A stretch of 64,000 nucleotides of DNA from an uncultured delta proteobacterium (GTDB taxonomy: Bacteria > Desulfobacterota > RBG-13-43-22): contig CAWDKY010000017.1 of assembly GCA_963802945.1 (NCBI GenBank), forward strand, positions 352,001 through 416,000, given 5' to 3'. The notes below the pieces were generated by a model. It was not told the origin of the DNA, did no database searches, and saw only the letters and a program-made list of their open reading frames with translations. Position numbers and translations under genes: made by a program. Below, piece by piece: positions 17,898 to 29,409 of the stretch; the stretch's first letter is position 1; the number at the start of each line of letters is the position of its first letter.

Positions 17898-18671
17898 TTA
17901 ATTCTCTCCATTAAGCAGAAAGGAAAACCGGCTTTCCACCCAGGGATCAGGTTTCCCGTCGAAAACTTTTTCCACCAATTTTACCCATTGGTTCTTTCCG
18001 ATCAACAGCACACTCGAAGAGCGGGTTCCATAGGTAGGGCTTTTGATAAAAATCGACGATAAAAGCCTTTCCCATTCCAATTCGACACCGGTTGATGGCA
18101 GTTTATGGTCCGGTGCCTTTTTTCGATCGGATAAAATTTTAAAAAGCGCCGCTTCTAAATCGGGGCCTTTTTTATTCAGGGCCGCAGACAAGGCCCTCTT
18201 GCCTTTGATGACTTTTGGCCAGGGACTATTCAGAAGGTGATTGCTCAGGCCATAAATTCCAGGATCGAGCTTTTCTATTTTCCCGCGGTTGGAATAAACG
18301 AAAAGTTTATTATGGTCTCCACATATCAAATTAAAGCCGTTATATTTCTGTGCCTGTCGAGAAATTTTGTCTATATAGGAAGCGGCGCTTTCAGAACCGG
18401 TGAGGAAATTACTGACCAATTTGCCTCGTGATGGAGCATTTGTTTTTAAAACACTCGGATCACGGAAATTGGTTATGGCCGCAAATTTCCCTTCCCGGGT
18501 AATCCCCATCCAGGTGCCTCCTTCTTTTAAATCGCGACCGGCAAGCACTTGTGGAGCATCCTCCCAGAAGGCGACCGGAGATGACGGCCTCTTATAATAT
18601 TCATCACGATTGGCCGCTGCAATGAATCGGTAGGAAGGATGTACCTGGTAAGCAAAAACGATAAAACACAT
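17898..18671 (-). CDS. NRDE/TANGO2 family protein
   Basis: MC start, AANRDEY, GRDLKEGGTW, SRG.LV, YGTRSSS. Confidence 0.92.
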   Translation of the reverse strand: MCFIVFAYQVHPSYRFIAAANRDEYYKRPSSPVAFWEDAPQVLAGRDLKEGGTWMGITREGKFAAITNFRDPSVLKTNAPSRGKLVSNFLTGSESAASYIDKISRQAQKYNGFNLICGDHNKLFVYSNRGKIEKLDPGIYGLSNHLLNSPWPKVIKGKRALSAALNKKGPDLEAALFKILSDRKKAPDHKLPSTGVELEWERLLSSIFIKSPTYGTRSSSVLLIGKNQWVKLVEKVFDGKPDPWVESRFSFLLNGEN

Positions 18672-18929
18672 CTAATTTCCTCATCTCTCCTTCGGATATT
18701 TTCCTTAACGTTGCATAAAAACAGGGCAAGGGTCAATAGTAATCAATAACCAACCCGAGATTAGAGAAAAATTGAAGTCGTTCAGGAATGGGCTAAAAAA
18801 GGTTTCCCCAATTGCCACAGGTTGCTTGGTCGTGGTAGAGCGCAGGGCTAAAACCGCGGACCGACGATTTCCTGCGCGAAGTTCCTCTATTAGAATTCAA
18901 CTAATTCAACGACGTCTCCAAAATCCCTA

Positions 18930-20333
18930 TTAGTAGTGCTCGACGAGCATTTTTTTCGGTCCTGGAGAGACATACCTTCCATCCGGCATAAGAAAAATAA
19001 GGGGGATCGAAAATAAAAGCCCCAAACCAAAAGCTATAAAGGTGACCCTAAAGCCTTTGGTAGGAGTGGAACTCACATGGAGAATAATAGTGATTATTGA
19101 TATTCCCAAGGCTCCTCCAACGGATCGGAACATGCCTCGAAGCCCGGTAATAGTCGATACCTTTTCAGGCATTAATTCAATGCAGGCATTATTGGAAGCC
19201 GGGAGGGCCAGGCCCATGCCTATTCCGGTAACCATGATCAGAATAGCCAGGATTCCGGCAATGCCCAGATGAATCCCCATGATCCGCATTAATTGAACTC
19301 CTGGTCCACCCAACAGGATCGTGGAAAGGGAGATAATGATCAACCCTTCCAACATGGGCCATCGGTAACCCCATCGTTTGAGCAGAAAGCTGGTGATGAT
19401 TGAGACGGGAATGACCGAAAGAGAGCGAGGGGTCAAGATCATCCCGCTGACCAAAGTGGATAATTTATACACCGAGGTGGCGTAGAGGGGAATAACGGCA
19501 AAAACTCCCATGACCCCGGCCCCGATAAGTAAGTTATAGAGGTTTGCGGCCAGAAAAGGCTTTGATTGTAACAAATCCATATCAAGGATCGGGTTGGACT
19601 CCTTCTTTTCTTGACGAAAAAACAAGTAAAGAAAAAAACAAAAACAGGTTAATAAAACAACTGCCAAGAGAAAGGAAGCTATAGAGAAGTTCTGGGCAAT
19701 TCGATTCAAACTAAGCATGAGGGATAGGATCGCCCCAAAAAAAAGGGAAGCTCCCCTAAAGTCTATATGGGGACGAGAAGGACTTTTGGATTTTTCGAGC
19801 AAAACGGCGATCATCGCTATGAGAACAATACCAATGGGTAAATTGATATAAAAAATATACCTCCAGGAGTATCGACTCACCACCCATCCGCCTAAATTCG
19901 GGCCTATAATACCTCCGATGGGAAAAATGCTGGTAAAAAACCCGATGACCCTTTCCCGATTTTCTGGAAATTGATCACTGACAATGCCTGCCGCCGTCGG
20001 AAGAAAACTCGCCCCCCCGATTCCTTGAAGGAACCTGAAGGCCACCAAGGTGTGAATGTTGGAGGTGAGGCCGCAGGCCAGAGAACTGGCTGTAAAAAGG
20101 ATCAGGGAAGAAAGAAAAATCTTTTTTCGACCAAGGCTGTCGCTCAGGTTGCCCATCAAGGGCATGGCACTGGTAACGGCAATCAAATAGATTGAAATCG
20201 TCCAGCCCGCCCAGAGGACGTTCGTGCCCAGGTCTCTGATAAAGTGAGGAAAGGCCACTGCAACCACCGTACTGTCGATGGAATACATGAGGAGACTTAA
20301 ACCGGCTGAGACAAAAATAAGATAACGACGCAT
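18930..20333 (-). CDS. MFS transporter, DHA2 (EmrB/QacA-like) efflux family
   Basis: IDSTVVAVA, GNLSDSLGRK, FRFLQGIGG, WRYIFYINLPIG; many TM segments. Confidence 0.88.
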   Translation of the reverse strand: MRRYLIFVSAGLSLLMYSIDSTVVAVAFPHFIRDLGTNVLWAGWTISIYLIAVTSAMPLMGNLSDSLGRKKIFLSSLILFTASSLACGLTSNIHTLVAFRFLQGIGGASFLPTAAGIVSDQFPENRERVIGFFTSIFPIGGIIGPNLGGWVVSRYSWRYIFYINLPIGIVLIAMIAVLLEKSKSPSRPHIDFRGASLFFGAILSLMLSLNRIAQNFSIASFLLAVVLLTCFCFFLYLFFRQEKKESNPILDMDLLQSKPFLAANLYNLLIGAGVMGVFAVIPLYATSVYKLSTLVSGMILTPRSLSVIPVSIITSFLLKRWGYRWPMLEGLIIISLSTILLGGPGVQLMRIMGIHLGIAGILAILIMVTGIGMGLALPASNNACIELMPEKVSTITGLRGMFRSVGGALGISIITIILHVSSTPTKGFRVTFIAFGLGLLFSIPLIFLMPDGRYVSPGPKKMLVEHY

Positions 20334-20729
20334 ATAAAAAAGATTCCTTACAGTTAACTTGATTGAGAAATCATTGCGATGATATTAAAAGATTTGTTGA
20401 AAAATTGAAATAAAAATAGAGCCGAAAAAAATTCTATAATTTTTCAATTTTTCACGTGCAAAATAGGGGAGCGGAAAAAGATGATCATCGACATCAACAG
20501 TGAATTATTCTCGGTGAACTTGTTGAATCTGAGGCGGATGACAAGGTCTTTTATTGAAGGTCTATTTGTGGGGCAACTTAGTCAGATGCACCCGAGGCAA
20601 CAAAGAGTTTGGACTTTTGTGTACATTTAAAATGCGACCCCAAGACCATGATTATCAAATAACTTATTGAATTCAACAAAAAAGAGGTTAGGAAAACTTA
20701 AGACGCTTTATCCCTCTTTTCCCTTATTT

Positions 20730-21248
20730 CTAACGATTTTCTTCCGCCAGATTAAAATGTTTTTTAAGCGGATGGTTAGGTTTGACAAGCCTTAATTGTT
20801 CCTTCATGATGATTTCTAGTTTACCAAATTTTTCACGACTTTCACCTAATAATTTATAGGCTTTTTCCCCATATTCACGTTGTTCTTTTTTACCTTCAAA
20901 TTCATTATATAGTTTGTGGTATACGGCCATATCCCAGACGGTTTTAAAATAATCATTTACTTGTTCGTAAATTGTGTTGCTATAATAAAACTCGGATAGT
21001 TGAACATATTCATAATAATTGGCAAATAGATCTCCTTCTATAATATCGACACCACGCCTAACCACATCTCCTTTAAGTTCTAAGATAGCCTTAAAAATTT
21101 TTAGCCTTTCATTATGTATGGCGATTTCGTTTTGACGCTTGGCTTCTTTTACAGTGAGTTTTGCGAATGCTGCGCTTAGGATAGAAGCGAGCATGGCCAC
21201 AAATGTTATAAAAGCCATGAGTTTCACATAATCGAGTTCATATTGCAT
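20730..21248 (-). CDS. Hypothetical protein with an N-terminal TM segment, AT-rich
   Basis: 172-aa ORF, GGGAG RBS, composition unlike neighbouring genes. Confidence 0.65.
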   Translation of the reverse strand: MQYELDYVKLMAFITFVAMLASILSAAFAKLTVKEAKRQNEIAIHNERLKIFKAILELKGDVVRRGVDIIEGDLFANYYEYVQLSEFYYSNTIYEQVNDYFKTVWDMAVYHKLYNEFEGKKEQREYGEKAYKLLGESREKFGKLEIIMKEQLRLVKPNHPLKKHFNLAEENR

Positions 21249-21377
21249 TTATACATTTCTCCCTTCTGTCCTACTTATAAGGAAATTTGACTAAATTCTA
21301 TATTATGCTAAAATAAAAATATACAGAATTATTTTATGCACAACTGAATATGATTTCTGACAATAGGGGGATTCTTA

Positions 21378-21623
21378 ATGAAACAGGATTCAATTATTGA
21401 AGAAAATCCAGCAAAGGAATACGCAAGAAAGATGAATATTCTTGATTCTCAAATAGCAGAATTGGAGTTAGATATTAAAGAAGCTAAAGAAATGTTAGAG
21501 GAAGAACATTCGGATGAAGAAGCTGAACTTATCGAAGAAAGAATTGATGAGTTGCATGATGAAATATATAAATTAGAAAAAAAGAAAAGAAGTCTTAAAG
21601 ATTTGGGAATCCCTGAAAAGTAA
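21378..21623 (+). CDS. Hypothetical acidic coiled-coil protein
   Basis: 81-aa ORF, AGGGGG RBS, Glu/Lys-rich heptads. Confidence 0.6.
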   Translation: MKQDSIIEENPAKEYARKMNILDSQIAELELDIKEAKEMLEEEHSDEEAELIEERIDELHDEIYKLEKKKRSLKDLGIPEK

Positions 21624-21922
21624 TTTTTATCTATACCCCCTGCCTAAAAAACAATTCATTTAAATCCGGTCATAAAATTTATTTTTGGCAATTGGCATTA
21701 TTGTAATTGGCACAAACGAAGGCATTGTTAATCATAAGTTATACAAGATGCGAATCCCTGTCCTATCAAAAAATATGATTTTTTTTGTTAGTAAAATTTT
21801 GGTGAATTTTTATTATACCATACTCTAAATTTTTCAATATCTTAGATGAAAAACTTTCACCAAATCTCCGCCGACAAAAAAACAAAAGGCAATTATCAAA
21901 TCGGTAAGTGCCTATTTTCTTT

Positions 21923-22010
21923 TGGTGCCTGGGACCGGAATCGAACCGGTACAGCCCTAAGGACCGAGGGATTTTAAGTCCCTTGCGTCTACCAATTCCG
22001 CCACCCAGGC
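21923..22010 (-). tRNA. tRNA-Leu(TAA)
   Basis: GCCTGGGTGGCGGAATTGGTAGACGC-AGGGA CTTAAAA TCCCT-long variable arm-GGTTCGATTCC-CCCAGGCACCA. Confidence 0.97.
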
Positions 22011-22050
22011 ACCTGCCCTTCTTTTTAATGGTTTTCAGAGAATTGTCAAG

Positions 22051-23661
22051 CTAATTTTGGCTTTTCAAAAACCGCTTTTTTGCACTGGATAAAACGTCGT
22101 TAATCTCCTGAATACCCATCCAACGAATCAGGATAAAATAAACCAGAACGGCTGCCAGGATCACCAAGGCCAAGATTATTATTTGATTAAGGAAGCCTTT
22201 GGGGTTCATGATCAAACCTAGGCCCTGGTAAAGGTAAAAGGCCAACAGCCCCATAATCAGAGAAGCCAGAACGATCTTGAGGAAGGATCCCAGGAGGGCT
22301 TTTAAATCATACCCCCCCACCTTTCGAAAGAGCACGGCACTTAAAAAAACAAAATTAAAAATCATGGTAATTGACATGGAAAAGGCAATGGCCTTATGCT
22401 GGAAGATATCCAGGGTCAGAGAAACAAAGATCACATTGCAGACTACCGTTAAAAAGCTGGCTATGACCGGAAACTTGGTGTCTTTGAGGGCGTAAAAGAC
22501 CGGTACGGTGATCTTGACAGAAGAGTAGGCAAACAGGCCGACGGCATAATAAATCAGGGCTTCGGCGGTATGGATGGTGTCCTGGGCATTGAAACGGCCG
22601 TGTTCAAAGATAAGGCGGATAATCGGTTTGGCCAGAAAGGCCAGGCCGAAGGAGGCCGGGATGGTCAGGAGAAAAGCCATGGTCAGCGAAGAAATATAAG
22701 TGGATTTCAAGCCCCCGATGTCTCCCTGAGAGGCCTGACGGGAAATAACCGGTAGGGCAGCGATGGAAATGGCCACCCCAAACATACCGATAGGGAACTG
22801 CATCAACCTGAAGGCATAATTGAGCCAGGAAACGCTCCCCTGGGCACAGCGGGCGGCAAAGTTGGTGTTGATAAAGATATTGATCTGGGTGGCGGAGAGG
22901 CCGATGACCGCCGGGATCATCAGGATCATGATCCGGCGCAACCCTTCGTCTTTGAGATTTGATATGCGGCCGCCATAAAAACCCCGATCTTTTTAAAGAG
23001 GGTAATCTGGATGGCCAATTGAAGAAAACCTCCGATCAAGGTCCCAACCGCCATGCCCACAATCGGTGGCTGGCCAAAAGCCGGGGCCCACCAGGCACAG
23101 AGCACTCCCCCGACTATAGACCCCAAATTAAAGAAGGTAGAGGCCATGGCCGGCATGAAAAAACGGCCCTTGGTGTTCAAAATCCCCATGACCACCGCGG
23201 CCACGGAAATCAGGATCAGGAAGGGGAACATGATATTGGTCAGAAGCTGGGTAAGGGCGATCTTGCCTTGAATCCGGCCGAAGTCCGGGGCCATGACCCG
23301 GACGATCTCTTCGGAGAAGATCATGCCCAGGAGGGTGATCAGGGAGAGGAGCAGGGTCAAAGTGAGAAGAACGTTGTTGGCCAGACGCCAGGTGGCCTCC
23401 GGCCCTTTTTTCTGATCATAATCCGTGAAAACCGTTACAAAGGCGGTGGATAAGGCCCCTTCGGCAAACAGATCGCGAAGCAGATTGGGGATACGGAAGC
23501 CCACAACAAAGGCGTCCATATAATAACCGGCCCCGAACAAGACGGCCATGACCTGTTCCCGGATCAGTCCCAGAGATGCGGCTGAAGAAGACGGCAATCC
23601 CAACCGATCCGGCTGATTTGGCTACCTGGGTTGTGGTTTGCGGATTGGAATTGTTTTCCAT
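22051..23661 (-). CDS. murJ: Lipid II flippase MurJ/MviN (frameshifts ~23578, ~22950-22990)
   Basis: DAFVVGFRIPNLLRDLFAEGALSTAF; LNYAFRLMQFPIG; FYALKDTKFP; three ORF pieces. Confidence 0.92.
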
Positions 23662-23662
23662 A

Positions 23663-24178
23663 TTAAAGGCCCTGGAAAAATTGGTGGGTTTTTTCTCTCA
23701 GAAGCTCGGAGAGATTAATCGTGTCCTGATATGAGAAGGGCAGGGGGATCTTTCCCAAAAAGGAGTCCAGAACGACCGTGCCCTTGAGGACATAAACCAA
23801 GTCCCGGGCGAAGACCCCTTTTCGGGCCACAGCGAAAAGGTCGTCAAAGAGGACCGTGGCCGGAACGGCCATCGTGACGGTTCCCAAGGCCGGAATCTGA
23901 AAAGGCTGCCGCGAGTTTCCGGTTGTAAGGCGCTGCCCTTCCACATCCAATTGATAATCATAACCTGAAAACCTAGCGGCCAGGTCATTCGGATTTTTGA
24001 TTTCTAGGGTCCCTTCCAGGTCGACGGCCGATTGATCCAGACCGAGGATTCGAACTTGTTTCAGCTCGATATCGGGATTCTTAAAAGCATATCCGGAAGA
24101 AGAGGCCCAAAGGACCTCAACGATGAAGGATAAAATAATGAGAATATGGATTTTCTTCAAGGGGAACCTTGGATTCAT
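23663..24178 (-). CDS. LEA type 2 (WHy) family protein
   Basis: LEIKNPND..GYDYQLDVEG; signal peptide. Confidence 0.8.
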   Translation of the reverse strand: MNPRFPLKKIHILIILSFIVEVLWASSSGYAFKNPDIELKQVRILGLDQSAVDLEGTLEIKNPNDLAARFSGYDYQLDVEGQRLTTGNSRQPFQIPALGTVTMAVPATVLFDDLFAVARKGVFARDLVYVLKGTVVLDSFLGKIPLPFSYQDTINLSELLREKTHQFFQGL

Positions 24179-24200
24179 CGAGATTTATTGTTGATTGGGA

Positions 24201-24278
<78 letters not shown>

Positions 24279-24402
24279 ACACTGATTATTTAACATAAAC
24301 CCGGTCTAAAGACAAGGGGAAGGTGCCGGAATGCAAGATACTTGATACTGGATACTCGATAGCAACTCGTCAATTGTTTTTATCCGGTATCTAGCGTCGG
24401 CC

Positions 24403-25005
24403 TCAGTCCTCACCCTTCAAAAAAGATAAAATATGCGGCCGCATCTTCTCCAGGGCCTTGGCCCGGTGGCTGATTCGACTCTTGGTCTCCAAGGGAAGTT
24501 GGGCCACGGTTTTTTGAAGCTCCGGCAAATAAAAGATAGGGTCATAACCAAAACCATGATCGCCTGTAGGGGCCGGGGCGATAAGGCCTTCCCAAAACCC
24601 TTCGGTCTGAAACCAGCGGCCGGAAGGGTCATAAAAAACCAACACACAAACAAAACGGGCCGTCCGTTTTTCTTCCGGGACCCCATGGAGCAAGGTCAGG
24701 AGTTTTTCGTTGTTCTCCGGATCAGCGGCCCGGGGACCGGCAAACCGGGCGGAATATATCCCTGGCGCCCCTTTCAAGTAATCGACGGTCAATCCCGAAT
24801 CGTCGGCCAGCACCGGTAAATTCAGGCTGTTGGAGACCGTACGGGCCTTTTTGAGGGCGTTTTCCTGAAAGGAAGAACCGTCTTCAATAATTTCCGGGAG
24901 GTCCGGGAAATCGTTTAATGATTTGTAGGTCAGGGAAGGGATATTCAGAGAGGTCCCTATTTCTCTGAGTTTCCCATTATTGCGGGTGGCCAGGACCAGG
25001 ATCAT
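24403..25005 (-). CDS. rdgB: Non-canonical purine NTP pyrophosphatase (XTP/dITP)
   Basis: [33 protein letters not shown]. Confidence 0.95.
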   Translation of the reverse strand: MILVLATRNNGKLREIGTSLNIPSLTYKSLNDFPDLPEIIEDGSSFQENALKKARTVSNSLNLPVLADDSGLTVDYLKGAPGIYSARFAGPRAADPENNEKLLTLLHGVPEEKRTARFVCVLVFYDPSGRWFQTEGFWEGLIAPAPTGDHGFGYDPIFYLPELQKTVAQLPLETKSRISHRAKALEKMRPHILSFLKGED

Positions 25006-25718
25006 GGATTGAGCACTTGATGTTGAATCGCGGTCAGTTTATCGATCCCCTGGGCGGCCATGGCCATCATCTTTTCAAAGGACTCTTTGGAAAAAGGCTG
25101 TCCTTCGGCCGTTCCCTGGATCTCAATGAAGCGGCCGCGGCCGGTCATCACAAAATTACAGTCCACTTCCGCCTTGGAATCCTCTTCATAATTCAGATCC
25201 AAAAAGGTTTGACCGTCAACCACCCCGATACTGATCGCTGCCACGGAATCGATAATGGGATCCCGGGGAATGGAGACTTCTTTTCGAAGGTACTCGACCG
25301 CATCAACCAGGGCCACGTAGGCCCCGGTAATAGAGGCTGTCCGCGTTCCGCCGTCGGCCTGAATCACATCACAGTCGATCCAGAAGGTCCGCTCTCCGAT
25401 TAAACTCAAGTCCATTACGGCCCGCAAAGAACGACCGATCAGACGTTGAATTTCATGGGTTCGGCCTCCAACCCGGCCTTGGGTGGATTCCCGGGTGGAC
25501 CGGGTTTTGGTGGATCTGGGAAGCATAGCGTATTCGGCCGTGATCCAGCCCCGGCCTTGATTTCTCAAGAATAGGGGGACCTTGTCCTCCAGGGTGGCTG
25601 TGCAGATCACCTTGGTTTCTCCTAGTTGAATCAGGACCGAACCCTCGGCGTGTTTGATGTAATTCCGGATGATGCGGACCGGACGTAATTCGTCGGGTTT
25701 TCGACCATTCATGCGCAT
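25002..25718 (-). CDS. rph: Ribonuclease PH
   Basis: [34 protein letters not shown]. Confidence 0.97.
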   Translation of the reverse strand: MRMNGRKPDELRPVRIIRNYIKHAEGSVLIQLGETKVICTATLEDKVPLFLRNQGRGWITAEYAMLPRSTKTRSTRESTQGRVGGRTHEIQRLIGRSLRAVMDLSLIGERTFWIDCDVIQADGGTRTASITGAYVALVDAVEYLRKEVSIPRDPIIDSVAAISIGVVDGQTFLDLNYEEDSKAEVDCNFVMTGRGRFIEIQGTAEGQPFSKESFEKMMAMAAQGIDKLTAIQHQVLNP

Positions 25719-25922
25719 TGCCCAATCTCCTTATTGTGAAGATGAAAAAACTAATCATGCCCTTACCGGCCTGTCAAGTTTTTTTTAAAAAGCCCCTTGA
25801 CATTTTCCAACTCCTTACAGCAAACTGTAATGTATTGGTCAAAAGAGTTCGAGGATTCAATCCCGTCTTTGGCGGGGCTTGAATCCTTGGATCAAAGAAA
25901 TCATCAGAATCAAGGAGAAGGC

Positions 25923-26726
25923 ATGACCGATACCTTCAATTCTTTTTCGGCCTTCGACCGGCCGGAAATCAATTCTTTGATCTTCTATCCCCGTCCGGAT
26001 ACCGGTATTTCTGCTCCGGCTGGGGCGGAAGACCACCTTTTCCCGGTGGAGCCGGAAATCCGGATCGGCGCCAGGTTTTATCTATCCGATCCCAACGGTC
26101 CCCATCTCTTGTTTTTTCACGGCAATGGTGAAATCGCCTCTGACTACGATGATGCCGGCTTCTTTTATCAGCAATTGGGGTTAAATTTATTGGCCATGGA
26201 TTACCGGGGATACGGGAAAAGCCAGGGAACTCCCTCGGTGGGCACCATTTTGACCGATGCCCTGACCTTATTCGATCTGGTGTATAATCAGGTCCGGGAA
26301 AAGGGACGCAACGGCCCATTTTTAGTCATGGGGCGGTCTTTGGGGAGCGCCCCGGCCATTGATATTGTTTCAAAGCGAATGGAGAAGATAGACGGGTTGA
26401 TTATCGAAAGCGGCTTTGCCTACTCTCTTCCTCTGCTCGAATTGGTTGGGATACCGGTTGAACGGTTGGGACTTCATGAAGAGGATGGTTTTAGAAACTA
26501 CCAAAAAATTTCCCAGATCACCAAACCGACCTTTATTATTCATGCTCAGTTTGATGACATAATTCCCCTGAATGAATCCGATGTCTTGTTGAAAAATTCA
26601 GGGGCCGATCGGAAAGAAAGGATTGTCATCCCCGGGGCGGGCCACAATGATATTGTATTCATCTGCGGCCAGGTCTATTTTGAAATCATCGCCCGTTTTG
26701 CCAAAAGCCTGAAGGCATCGGCTTAA
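25923..26726 (+). CDS. Alpha/beta-fold hydrolase
   Basis: FFHGNGE, DYRGYG, GRSLG nucleophile motif, GAGHND; AGGAG RBS before ATG 25923. Confidence 0.88.
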   Translation: MTDTFNSFSAFDRPEINSLIFYPRPDTGISAPAGAEDHLFPVEPEIRIGARFYLSDPNGPHLLFFHGNGEIASDYDDAGFFYQQLGLNLLAMDYRGYGKSQGTPSVGTILTDALTLFDLVYNQVREKGRNGPFLVMGRSLGSAPAIDIVSKRMEKIDGLIIESGFAYSLPLLELVGIPVERLGLHEEDGFRNYQKISQITKPTFIIHAQFDDIIPLNESDVLLKNSGADRKERIVIPGAGHNDIVFICGQVYFEIIARFAKSLKASA

Positions 26727-26745
26727 TCAACGTTCTGAGAAGAAT

Positions 26746-26793
26746 AAAAAAAAGCTGTGGACTAGGTTGAACCAAAATCCACAGCCTTTTTTT
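26746..26793. terminator. Bidirectional intrinsic terminator
   Basis: A-run GCTGTGGA..TCCACAGC T-run between convergent genes. Confidence 0.75.
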
Positions 26794-26804
26794 AAGAAAA
26801 TAAC

Positions 26805-27008
26805 TTACTCGGCTTTGATCACGTTGGCGGCTTGGAGTCCTTTAGGACCCTGGGTTACCTCAAATTCGACTCTTTCTCCCTCCTGTAAGGTGCGAAATCC
26901 ATCGCCTTTAATAGCTGAAAAATGAACAAACACGTCACTCCCATCATCCTGGGAAATAAACCCGTATCCTTTGCGGTCGCTGAACCATTTGACCTGGCCT
27001 TTGGCCAT
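26805..27008 (-). CDS. Cold-shock protein
   Basis: [21 protein letters not shown]. Confidence 0.95.
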   Translation of the reverse strand: MAKGQVKWFSDRKGYGFISQDDGSDVFVHFSAIKGDGFRTLQEGERVEFEVTQGPKGLQAANVIKAE

Positions 27009-27190
27009 TACAACTCACCTCCCCTCCACCGTATTATTTAAGTTGTAACAGCTTCCGGCCGGAAAGAACCAGAACAACAAAAAGCCCCCCTGGTTAATGC
27101 CATTTTCCACGCACCACAAACTCTGTACAACTAATGTATAATGATAAAACGGTCTTATTTGCAAAGTCAAGGAAAAATAATACAATTAAA

Positions 27191-27766
27191 TTAAGGGGTA
27201 GAAACTTTGTCCATCAACACCGAATAATAATGATAAAAATATAAAAGACCAGACCATAAAGTCAGAATCAAAGCGATCCAGAGCAGGATTAAACCCCAGA
27301 AGCTAAAATCGACCGGCCCATAACGGTAATGAATCATCAGGGGAATTACGGCCAAGGCCTGAAAAAAAGTTTTGTATTTTCCCCAGCGGGAAGCAGCCAG
27401 GATGTGGCCTTTGGCAGCCAGCATGGATCGAAGCCAGGTTACGGCAATTTCTCTTCCGATAAGCAAAATGACCATCCAAGCGGCAACCCAATCCAAATCA
27501 AGGAGTACGATCAACGAACTACCGATAAGAAGCTTGTCGGCCAAGGGGTCAAAAATTTTTCCGAATTTGGTGATTAAATTTTTTTTTCGGGCGATGAAAC
27601 CGTCCAACCAATCCGTAAAAAAAGCTATGGAAAAGATCAGAGCCGATAACAGACATGAATTCGCTTTTCCCGACTCCAGGGGGATCAAGATAAAGGGTAT
27701 GGAAATGATCCTTAATAAAGTCAGATAATTAGGTATATTATGAATCGAAGTTTTGGCCTGAGTCAT
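27191..27766 (-). CDS. pgsA: CDP-diacylglycerol--glycerol-3-phosphate 3-phosphatidyltransferase
   Basis: NIPNYLT; TDWLDGFIAR..TKFGKIFDPLADK. Confidence 0.93.
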   Translation of the reverse strand: MTQAKTSIHNIPNYLTLLRIISIPFILIPLESGKANSCLLSALIFSIAFFTDWLDGFIARKKNLITKFGKIFDPLADKLLIGSSLIVLLDLDWVAAWMVILLIGREIAVTWLRSMLAAKGHILAASRWGKYKTFFQALAVIPLMIHYRYGPVDFSFWGLILLWIALILTLWSGLLYFYHYYSVLMDKVSTP

Positions 27767-27780
27767 CAAGGGCTCTTGTT

Positions 27781-28443
27781 TTATCTGGTTGAAAGGAGGG
27801 GGCTTCTGAGCTGGTTATAAATCTGCATCACCTTTTGGACGTAGGTTTTGGTTTCCTGATAGGGAGGAATCCCTTTATACAGGTTGACTTTCTCCGGACC
27901 GGCATTATAAGCCGCCAGGGCCAGAGAAATATCCTGGTTATAAATATCCATGAGATACCTCAAGTAACGGGTGCCGCCGTCGATATTTTCTTTTGGGCTG
28001 AAGGCGTCCGACACCTGAAGATATCTGGCAGTTTGGGGCATAAGCTGCATCAGCCCCTGGGCACCCTTGGGAGAAATGGCCTGGGGATCAAAATTGGATT
28101 CCACATGAATAATGGCCTGAATGAGTTTGGGGTCGATCCCGTATTGTTGCGAGGCCTCGTCAATATGAGGGACCACAAGGGGATAATTGCTTAAATTGGA
28201 GATGGCTGAAGAAAAGCCTTTTGGGTTTCCCTTGGGAGGGAATGAAGTCCGGCTCTTTTGCTGTTCTTTAAGAAAGAGCTGGTATTTGGAGTCGGTGGGG
28301 GCATTGGTAAAATGGACCACACCGTTTTCATCCTGATAACGATAGATATCGGCCCTTAGGGAGAAGGGAATCCATGGGATACCAAGGGCCAGCAACCAGA
28401 AGAGGATTAAAGGTTTGTCTTTCGTCAAGAGGAATCGAACCAT
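27781..28443 (-). CDS. Lytic transglycosylase (DUF4124 + SLT)
   Basis: DIYRYQDENGVVHFTN; ESNF..A.SPKGAQGLMQLMP; AAYNAG. Confidence 0.9.
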   Translation of the reverse strand: MVRFLLTKDKPLILFWLLALGIPWIPFSLRADIYRYQDENGVVHFTNAPTDSKYQLFLKEQQKSRTSFPPKGNPKGFSSAISNLSNYPLVVPHIDEASQQYGIDPKLIQAIIHVESNFDPQAISPKGAQGLMQLMPQTARYLQVSDAFSPKENIDGGTRYLRYLMDIYNQDISLALAAYNAGPEKVNLYKGIPPYQETKTYVQKVMQIYNQLRSPLLSTR

Positions 28444-28446
28444 GGA

Positions 28447-29097
28447 TTATTTTTTCCCCGGGATTTTTTTCCAGTCTGCCAAAAATTTCTGAATCCCGAT
28501 ATCGGTCAGGGGGTGCTGGGTCAACTGCAAAAGGACCTTATAGGGTATAGTGGCAATGTCGGCCCCCATCAAGGCTGCGGTCAGGACATGGACCGGATGG
28601 CGAATGGAGGCCACGATGATTTCCGTTTCAAAGCCATAATTATTAAAAATAGTCACAATCTGGTCGACAATTTCCATTCCATCTTGAGAAATATCGTCCA
28701 GACGGCCTACGAATGGGCTGACGTAGGTGGCCCCAGCCTTGGCCGCCAGCAGGGCCTGAACCGGAGAAAAAATCAAGGTGACATTGGTTGGAATCCCTAA
28801 TTCGGAAAGTTTTTTGACCGCCTTTAATCCTTCCGGGGTCATGGGGATTTTTACGGCAATATTTTTATGAATCCGGGCTAAGGATTGCGCTTCTTTGATC
28901 ATTTCAGGGGCGTTTTCGGAAATGACTTCGGCACTGACCGGTCCATCGACCAGCAGGCATATTTTTTTGATCAACTCACGGGGTTTCTCATTTTCCCTGG
29001 ACAAAAGGGAAGGATTGGTGGTCACGCCATCCACCAGCCCCAAGGCCACTGCGGCTTGAATTTCTTTGAGATTGGCCGTATCAATAAAAAATTTCAT
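28447..29097 (-). CDS. tal: Transaldolase / fructose-6-phosphate aldolase
   Basis: [32 protein letters not shown]. Confidence 0.92.
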   Translation of the reverse strand: MKFFIDTANLKEIQAAVALGLVDGVTTNPSLLSRENEKPRELIKKICLLVDGPVSAEVISENAPEMIKEAQSLARIHKNIAVKIPMTPEGLKAVKKLSELGIPTNVTLIFSPVQALLAAKAGATYVSPFVGRLDDISQDGMEIVDQIVTIFNNYGFETEIIVASIRHPVHVLTAALMGADIATIPYKVLLQLTQHPLTDIGIQKFLADWKKIPGKK

Positions 29098-29127
29098 TGG
29101 GGGTTCCTTTCCAAATTAACTGATCAG

Positions 29128-29394
29128 CTATGAAGAACTCTGCTGTTTTGCCTGTTCAATAAATTTTTCCCGGCACTGGGTGCTGCAAAAATATTCATTT
29201 TCCCCGTTTGGACGATTCAGAATCAGGGCTTGCCTTTTAGGCAGGTAGACCTTACAGACCGGGTCCTGAACCATTTCGTCCTGTATTTCCTCCGGCGGTT
29301 TTCTTTTCGGCAGTTTCGGTGATGAAAGAAACCGTCGAAAGAACCGGTAAAGCAGATACCCGACCAGTAATAGTATAATCCATCTAAATAACAT
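29128..29394 (-). CDS. Small YHS/TRASH-domain membrane protein
   Basis: TM segment + MVQDPVC...YFCSTQC. Confidence 0.8.
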   Translation of the reverse strand: MLFRWIILLLVGYLLYRFFRRFLSSPKLPKRKPPEEIQDEMVQDPVCKVYLPKRQALILNRPNGENEYFCSTQCREKFIEQAKQQSSS

Positions 29395-29409
29395 TGTATA
29401 CCACTTTTT

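Noticed and set aside
18740-18925. Possible IS remnant between the NRDE and MFS genes
   Set aside because: No convincing terminal repeats or transposase motif could be identified by eye.
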